Shown here piece after piece: positions 58,316 to 64,000 of a stretch of 64,000 nucleotides of DNA (positions within the stretch are counted from its first letter, which is position 1; each line of letters begins with the position of its first letter). The position numbers and the translations under genes are program-made. The notes under the pieces were generated by a model that worked only from the letters and a program-made list of their open reading frames with translations, ran no database searches and was not told where the DNA came from. The stretch is from an uncultured Actinomycetota bacterium (lineage in GTDB: Bacteria; Actinomycetota; Actinomycetes; JACCUZ01), in the NCBI GenBank assembly GCA_963807005.1, contig CAWDZK010000001.1:980829-1044828 (forward strand), written 5' to 3'.

Positions 58316-60121
58316 GTGCTCGCACGACTTCGTGACCGGCCGGAGGTCGCCTTCTGCCGGGCGCTGTACCGGGCGTCACCCCGGCTCGCGACCGCCTGGT
58401 GGGCTCTGCTGGTCCTGCGAGGGGCGATGCCGGCGCTGCTCGCGGTGGCGACCGGGCTGGTGGTCGGCGCGGTCCGGGCCGGCTCGTCGCTCACCGGACC
58501 GCTCACCCTGGTCGGCGTGGTGTTCGTCGCCCTGCAGGTGCTGACGCCGGTGCAGCAGGGTGCGAGCAAGGTGCTGGGAGCCGCCACGGCGGACTGGCTC
58601 AACGACACCCTGATGACCGGCGCGGTGGCGCCGGCCGGGATGGGGCACCTGGAGGACCCTGAGCTCGCGGAGGACATGGCGATGGCCCGCGACTTCGACC
58701 TGGGTCGCACCGGCCCGCCGCTTCGGGTGGCGATGGACTTCATCGCCGCCGGGCTGGTGCAGCTGCTCTCCGGGATCCTGTCCGCGCTGGTCCTGGTGGC
58801 GTTCGCCTGGTGGGCGCCTGTGGTGCTGCTCGCGGTCTGGGGCTCGACCCACTGGCTGCTGCGCGAGAGCGGCGTGTGGCGCGCCCGCAACACCCCCGCC
58901 GTGCGGGAGGCGCAGCGGCACGCCGCCTACGCATACGACCTGGCCGTCGAGCCGCCCGCCGCCAAGGAGCTGCGGATGTTCGGCCTGGCCGGCTGGGTGA
59001 TCGAGCGGTTCACCGCCCGGCGGACAGAGCTCTACCGGCTGCAGTGGGAGGCGACCCGGTTGCGTGAGCGGCCGCTGGCCGGCGCCCTCGCGCTGGTGCT
59101 GGCCGGGAACGCACTGGTCTTCCTGGTCCTGGCCGACGCCGTGCTCGACGGCCGGGTCGGACTCGGTGCGGCGACGACGTACCTGCAGGCGGCCGTCGGG
59201 GCGAGCGCGGTCGCCTTCGGCGGCCTGAGCTGGGCGGTGGACGGGGCCGCGGCCCCCGCCGCCGCCACACTCCGGCTGCCGTCGGCGATGGCGCGGGCGG
59301 GTGCGCTCCTGAGCGGTCCCGGCCGGCTGCCGACGACCGACGCCCCGGAGCTGCGGTTCCGCGACGTTGTCTTCGGCTACCCCTCCAGCTCCCAGCCGGT
59401 GCTGGACCACGTCGACCTCACGGTCCCGGCGGGCACCTCGATGGCGGTGGTGGGAGTGAACGGCGCCGGCAAGACCACCCTGGCCAAGCTCGTGTGCCGG
59501 CTCTACGACCCGCAGTCCGGCGCGGTCGAGGCCGACGGCGTCGACCTGCGCGACCTCGACGTCGACGAGTACCGCTCGAGGGTGACGGCCGTGTTCCAGG
59601 ACTTCGTCCGCTACGAGCTGCCGCTGCGGGACAACGTCGCGCCGCGGCACGCCCCCGACCCGGTGGTCGAGGCGTCTCTCCAGGCTGCCGGCGCGAGCGG
59701 CCTGGCGACGCTGGAGACCGTGCTGGCGCGCGGCTATGACAACGGAACGGACCTCTCCGGCGGCCAGTGGCAGCGGGTCGCGCTGGCCCGGGCGCTGGCC
59801 GCGGTCCGCACCGGTGCCCGTATCGTCCTGCTGGACGAGCCGACCGCCGCCCTGGACGTCCGCGGCGAGGCGGAGATCTTCGACCGGATCCTGGCCGAGA
59901 CCCGGGACTGCACCACGATCCTGGTGTCGCACCGGTTCTCCACCGTGCGCAAGGCGGACCGGATCTGCGTGCTCGAGCACGGCCGGGTGGTCGAGCTCGG
60001 CAGCCACGAGGAGCTGATGGACCTGGGCGGCCGCTACCGCACGATGTTCGACCTGCAGGCGGCCCGGTTCGTCGAGTACGACGAGCAGGGGGAGGAGGTC
60101 GTCCATGACTCTCTCGACTGA
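58316..60121 (+). CDS. ABC exporter, fused permease/ATP-binding protein (half-transporter 1)
   Basis: 6-TM domain, then Walker [25 protein letters not shown], and Walker [11 protein letters not shown]. Confidence 0.85.
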   Translation: MLARLRDRPEVAFCRALYRASPRLATAWWALLVLRGAMPALLAVATGLVVGAVRAGSSLTGPLTLVGVVFVALQVLTPVQQGASKVLGAATADWLNDTLMTGAVAPAGMGHLEDPELAEDMAMARDFDLGRTGPPLRVAMDFIAAGLVQLLSGILSALVLVAFAWWAPVVLLAVWGSTHWLLRESGVWRARNTPAVREAQRHAAYAYDLAVEPPAAKELRMFGLAGWVIERFTARRTELYRLQWEATRLRERPLAGALALVLAGNALVFLVLADAVLDGRVGLGAATTYLQAAVGASAVAFGGLSWAVDGAAAPAAATLRLPSAMARAGALLSGPGRLPTTDAPELRFRDVVFGYPSSSQPVLDHVDLTVPAGTSMAVVGVNGAGKTTLAKLVCRLYDPQSGAVEADGVDLRDLDVDEYRSRVTAVFQDFVRYELPLRDNVAPRHAPDPVVEASLQAAGASGLATLETVLARGYDNGTDLSGGQWQRVALARALAAVRTGARIVLLDEPTAALDVRGEAEIFDRILAETRDCTTILVSHRFSTVRKADRICVLEHGRVVELGSHEELMDLGGRYRTMFDLQAARFVEYDEQGEEVVHDSLD

Positions 60122-61922
60122 CCCGCGACGGGCCACGGACGACGACCTCCCGCCCTCGCTGCAGTCCCTGTGGCGGATGGTGCGGCTGGCCTACCGGATC
60201 GAGCCGCGACTGCTCATGGTCTCGCTCGTCATGACCCTGGCACTGGCCCTGCCGACGTCCCTGATCGGGCTGTGGCTGGCGCTGCTCGTCGACGGCGTCC
60301 GCGACAGCGACCGCAGCAGGGTCCTCCTCGCGGCCGCGGGGCTGGCGCTGTCCGCGACCCTCGTCTGGTGGCTGCAGGTGGTCTTCGACCGGCTCAGCCG
60401 CCGCTTCCGCGACCGGATCTCGATAGCGATGGAGGCGCACGTCGCCCAGCTGCACGCCACGGTGGCGACCATCGCGCACCAGGAGCGGCCCGAGCACCTG
60501 GCCCGGCTGGAGATCCTGCGCCGCAACACCTTTGGCCTGGACCACCTCTTCAACGCCCTGTTCGCGACGCTCGGCTGGGTCATCCGGCTGGCCGTGGTCG
60601 AGGCGCTGCTCATGACCCGGGTGCACCCGGGTCTGGGCCTGCTCGTGCTGTTCGCGGTGCCCACGGTGGTCGTGGCCACCTGGCGACCGGGCGTCGAGCG
60701 GTCGGTGATCGAGCACTACTCATCGCACGAGCGGCGGGCCAGGCACCTGTTCGTCCTGGGCACCACCGCGGCGCCCGGCAAGGAGCTTCGGGTCACCGGC
60801 AACGGGGCCGAGCTGGCCCGGCTCCGGCAGGAGGAGTGGCGCCGGGCGTTCCGGCCGATGGCCCGGGTCACCTGGGTCACGGCTGCGTGGAGCGCCGCGG
60901 CCTGGGCCGTGTTCGGGCTCGGGTACGTCGGTGCGGTCGTGCTCACCGCCACCGCGCTGGACGCCTCGGCCGGCAACGTGGTGCTGGTGCTGGTCATCGG
61001 CAGCCAGCTGTCCCAGTTCGTGGCCGCCGCGGTCGGCGAGCTCGGCTTCCTGCGGAGCATGTGGCTGGACATCTCCCGCCGGCTGATGTGGCTGGAGGAC
61101 TACGCCGCTGCCGTGGACGCCCGGTCCGACGGCACGCCGCCGGACCGGCTCACCAGCGGCATCCGGCTGGACCACGTCTCGTTCCGCTACCCCGGCACCG
61201 ACCGGCTGGTGCTCGACGACGTGTCGCTGGACCTGCCGGCCGGCTCCGTGGTGGCGGTGGTGGGCGACAACGGGGCCGGCAAGACCACGCTGGTCAAGCT
61301 GCTCGCCCGGATGTACGACCCCGACTCCGGCCGGATCGACGTCGACGGCGTCGACCTGGCCTCGATGTCGGTGCCGGAGTGGCGGGACCGACTGGCGGGC
61401 GCCTTCCAGGACTTCTTCCGGTTCGAGCTGCGGGCGCTGGACAGCGTCGGGCTGGGGGAGCTGGCCCGGCTGGGGGACCGTGACGCCGTGGGTGCCGCGG
61501 TCGGACGCGCGGGAGCCGACGACGTCGTCGGCCGGCTGCCCGCGGGGCTGGACACCCAGCTCGGGCCGAGCTGGGACGCCGGTGTCGAGGTCTCGTTCGG
61601 CCAGTGGCAGAAGCTCGCGCTGGCGCGCGGGTTCATGCGCGACGAACCGCTGCTGCTGGTGCTCGACGAGCCGACCGCCGCGCTGGATGCCGAGACCGAG
61701 CACGCGTTGTTCGAGCGCTTCGCCGCGGCCGCCCGCGGCGAGGTCGGCAACGGCCGGGTCACCGTCCTGGTCTCGCACCGGTTCTCCACGGTCCGGATGG
61801 CCGACGTCATCGTCGTGCTCGACGGGGCGCGGGTGGCGGAGGTCGGCAGCCACGAGCAGCTGATGGCTCTCGGTGGCCGGTACGCCGAGCTGTACGGGAT
61901 CCAGTCGGCCGCCTTCCGCTGA
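60105..61922 (+). CDS. ABC exporter, fused permease/ATP-binding protein (half-transporter 2)
   Basis: Overlaps the half-transporter-1 3-prime end by 17 nt. [34 protein letters not shown]. Confidence 0.85.
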   Translation: MTLSTDPRRATDDDLPPSLQSLWRMVRLAYRIEPRLLMVSLVMTLALALPTSLIGLWLALLVDGVRDSDRSRVLLAAAGLALSATLVWWLQVVFDRLSRRFRDRISIAMEAHVAQLHATVATIAHQERPEHLARLEILRRNTFGLDHLFNALFATLGWVIRLAVVEALLMTRVHPGLGLLVLFAVPTVVVATWRPGVERSVIEHYSSHERRARHLFVLGTTAAPGKELRVTGNGAELARLRQEEWRRAFRPMARVTWVTAAWSAAAWAVFGLGYVGAVVLTATALDASAGNVVLVLVIGSQLSQFVAAAVGELGFLRSMWLDISRRLMWLEDYAAAVDARSDGTPPDRLTSGIRLDHVSFRYPGTDRLVLDDVSLDLPAGSVVAVVGDNGAGKTTLVKLLARMYDPDSGRIDVDGVDLASMSVPEWRDRLAGAFQDFFRFELRALDSVGLGELARLGDRDAVGAAVGRAGADDVVGRLPAGLDTQLGPSWDAGVEVSFGQWQKLALARGFMRDEPLLLVLDEPTAALDAETEHALFERFAAAARGEVGNGRVTVLVSHRFSTVRMADVIVVLDGARVAEVGSHEQLMALGGRYAELYGIQSAAFR

Positions 61923-62022
61923 GCGGGGGGCCGCCGGCCGAAACACGCTCGGACCTTCGCCGCCCCGGTCGTTATCCTCGGGCGACACTCCACCTCCGAG
62001 GGGACCCCCCGTGCTGCTCCGC

Positions 62023-63783
62023 ATGTCGACCCTGTTCCTGCGCACCCTTCGCGAGGACCCGGCCGATGCGGAGGTCCCGAGCCACCGGCTGCTCGTCCGG
62101 GCCGGCTACATCCGCCGGGTCGCCCCGGGCGGGTACGCCTGGCTGCCCCTGGGCTGGCGGGTCCTGCGCAAGATCGAGACGGTGATCCGCGAGGAGATGG
62201 ACGCCATGGGGGCGCAGGAGGTCAACTTCCCGGCGCTGCTGCCCAAGGAGCCCTACGACCGCTCCAACCGCTGGACCGAGTACGGCGACGACGTGTTCCG
62301 GCTGCAGGACCGCAAGGGCGCCGACTACATGCTCGGCCCGACCCACGAGGAGTTCTTCACCCTGCTGGTCAAGGACCTGTACTCGTCGTACAAGGACCTG
62401 CCGCTGTGGATCTACCAGATCCAGACGAAGTTCCGGGACGAGGCGCGGCCCCGGGCGGGTCTGCTCCGCGGTCGCGAGTTCGTCATGAAGGACTCCTACT
62501 CCTTCGACGTGGACGACGCCGGCCTGGACCGGTCCTACGCGGCTCACCGCGAGGCCTACATCCGGATCTTCGACCGTCTCGGCCTGGACTACGTCATCGT
62601 GTCCGCGCTCTCGGGGGCCATGGGCGGGTCCAAGAGCGAGGAGTTCCTCACCCCGGCGGCCGTCGGCGAGGACACCTACGTGCGGTGCACGTCCTGCGAC
62701 TACGCGGCCAACGTCGAGGCCCTGCGCACCCTCGTACCCCCGACCCAGGAGTACGACGACGTGCCGGCGGCGCACGTCGAGGACACCCCGGACACCCCCA
62801 CGATCGAGACTCTCGTCGCGCTGGCCAACTCCCGCGCGGACCTGCGTCGGCCGGACCGGGACTGGAGTGCCGGCGACACGCTGAAGAACGTCGTCGTCAA
62901 GCTCCGGCACCCGGACGGCAAGACCGAACCGCTGGCGGTCGGGCTTCCCGGCGACCGCGACGTCGACGCGAAGCGGCTGGAGGCCGTGGTCCATCCCTCG
63001 GTGGTCGAGCCGTTCACCGACGAGGACTTCGCGCAGCACCCCGGTCTCGTCCGCGGCTACATCGGCCCGGCGGCGCTCGGCGCCGACAAGCCGGCCGGGG
63101 TGCGCTACCTGCTGGACCCCCGGGTCGTCGAGGGCACCCGGTGGATCACCGGAGCGAACGAGCCTGGCCGGCACGTCTTCGACCTGGTCCTCGGCCGGGA
63201 CTTCACCGGAGACGGCACCATCGAGGCGGCCTCGGTGTTCGAGGGCGACCCGTGCCCCAACGGCGACGGGGGCACCCTGGTGCCGGCGCGTGGCATCGAG
63301 ATGGGCCACATCTTCCAGCTCGGCCGCATCTTCGCCGACGCGCTCGACCTCAAGGTCCTGGACGAGCACGGCAAGCAGGTCGTCGTCACGATGGGTTCCT
63401 ACGGGATCGGCCCGTCGCGTGCCGTGGCCGCCATCGCGGAGGCGACCCTCGACGACATCGGGCTGTGCTGGCCGCGGGCGGTCGCACCGGCCGACGTGCA
63501 CGTGGTCGCGACCGGCAAGGACGACTCGGTGTTCGAGGCTGCCCAGACGCTCGCCGACGGCCTGGTGGCGCAGGGCCTCGACGTCCTCTACGACGACCGA
63601 CGCGGGGTCTCGCCGGGGGTGAAGTTCAAGGACGCGGAGCTGCTCGGCATGCCGACCATCGTGGTCGTCGGCAAGGGGCTCGCCGACGGGGTCGTCGAGG
63701 TGCGCGACCGGCGAACCGGTGACCGCGAGGAGGTCGCGGTCGACGTCGCGGCGGCGCACGTGGTCGGCGTCGTCCGGTCGTGA
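62023..63783 (+). CDS. proS: Proline--tRNA ligase
   Basis: [33 protein letters not shown] is the ProRS N-terminus. Class II motifs and the anticodon-binding domain are present. Confidence 0.92.
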   Translation: MSTLFLRTLREDPADAEVPSHRLLVRAGYIRRVAPGGYAWLPLGWRVLRKIETVIREEMDAMGAQEVNFPALLPKEPYDRSNRWTEYGDDVFRLQDRKGADYMLGPTHEEFFTLLVKDLYSSYKDLPLWIYQIQTKFRDEARPRAGLLRGREFVMKDSYSFDVDDAGLDRSYAAHREAYIRIFDRLGLDYVIVSALSGAMGGSKSEEFLTPAAVGEDTYVRCTSCDYAANVEALRTLVPPTQEYDDVPAAHVEDTPDTPTIETLVALANSRADLRRPDRDWSAGDTLKNVVVKLRHPDGKTEPLAVGLPGDRDVDAKRLEAVVHPSVVEPFTDEDFAQHPGLVRGYIGPAALGADKPAGVRYLLDPRVVEGTRWITGANEPGRHVFDLVLGRDFTGDGTIEAASVFEGDPCPNGDGGTLVPARGIEMGHIFQLGRIFADALDLKVLDEHGKQVVVTMGSYGIGPSRAVAAIAEATLDDIGLCWPRAVAPADVHVVATGKDDSVFEAAQTLADGLVAQGLDVLYDDRRGVSPGVKFKDAELLGMPTIVVVGKGLADGVVEVRDRRTGDREEVAVDVAAAHVVGVVRS

Positions 63784-64000
63784 CCGGGGTCGACGCGGTC
63801 GTCTTCGACTGGGGCGGCACCCTCACGCCGTGGCACACGATCGACCTGCTGGAGCAGTGGCGGCACTACGCCGAGGTGTACGACCCCGAGGATGCCGGCG
63901 CGCTGGCGGACCGGATCCTCGCTGCCGAGGACGCCGCATGGCAGGCCGGTCGTGACCACCAGCGTTCGGCGACGCTCGACGGGATGCTGCGCGCGGCCGG
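63780..64000 (+). CDS. HAD-superfamily hydrolase (5-prime partial, runs off the window)
   Basis: [13 protein letters not shown] is HAD motif I (DxGGTL). GTG overlaps the proS stop (GTGA). Confidence 0.6.
   Translation, partial: MTGVDAVVFDWGGTLTPWHTIDLLEQWRHYAEVYDPEDAGALADRILAAEDAAWQAGRDHQRSATLDGMLRAA

Overview
High-GC (about 72%) actinobacterial chromosome segment. The mycothiol-type ADH, DUF2469 and extended S16/S2 tails fit Actinomycetota, possibly a Nocardioides-like organism.

1-22.8 kb: conserved housekeeping synteny. Gene order is ffh, amidohydrolase, rpsP, KH protein, rimM, trmD, rplS, two tandem lepB, rnhB, DUF2469, yraN, comM/yifB, dprA, xerC, a WhiG/FliA-type sigma factor, a class-V aminotransferase, cupin(-), M23 peptidase(-), rpsB, tsf, pyrH, frr, cdsA, rlmN, and a DivIVA-domain protein.

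22.8-27.4 kb (minus strand): a TAT-signal Rieske [2Fe-2S] gene split over three reading frames. It is translationally coupled to a 4-TM His-rich membrane protein and followed by a 26-aa hydrophobic micro-ORF. Next come a fructosamine kinase, an F420-type PPOX protein and an LMW protein-tyrosine phosphatase.

25.9-48 kb: a large amine/polyamine (agmatine/putrescine-type) uptake and catabolism supercluster. It holds an Lrp/AsnC regulator, a class-III aminotransferase, a PNPOx-like protein, and two DAO-type FAD oxidoreductases (one frameshifted). It also holds three aldehyde dehydrogenases, an Amidohydro_3 protein, a PotABCD-type ABC importer, an agmatinase-family ureohydrolase and a saccharopine-DH-like protein. 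A mycothiol-type class III ADH, an MBL hydrolase, DUF952 (frameshifted) and GabT/GabD complete the cluster.

48-64 kb: HTH_17 protein + TetR, divergent from an MMPL transporter with a candidate operator over the promoter. Then a secreted S1 protease, YihY, dxr, Rip1-like M50 protease, ispG, GNAT, a heterodimeric ABC exporter pair, proS and a partial HAD hydrolase.

No rRNA, tRNA, CRISPR or obvious mobile elements were seen. Notable non-coding structures are perfect inverted repeats at 1673-1731, 8492-8519, 22857-22920 and 51430-51464. Four apparent single-nucleotide frameshifts are confined to 23-45 kb.
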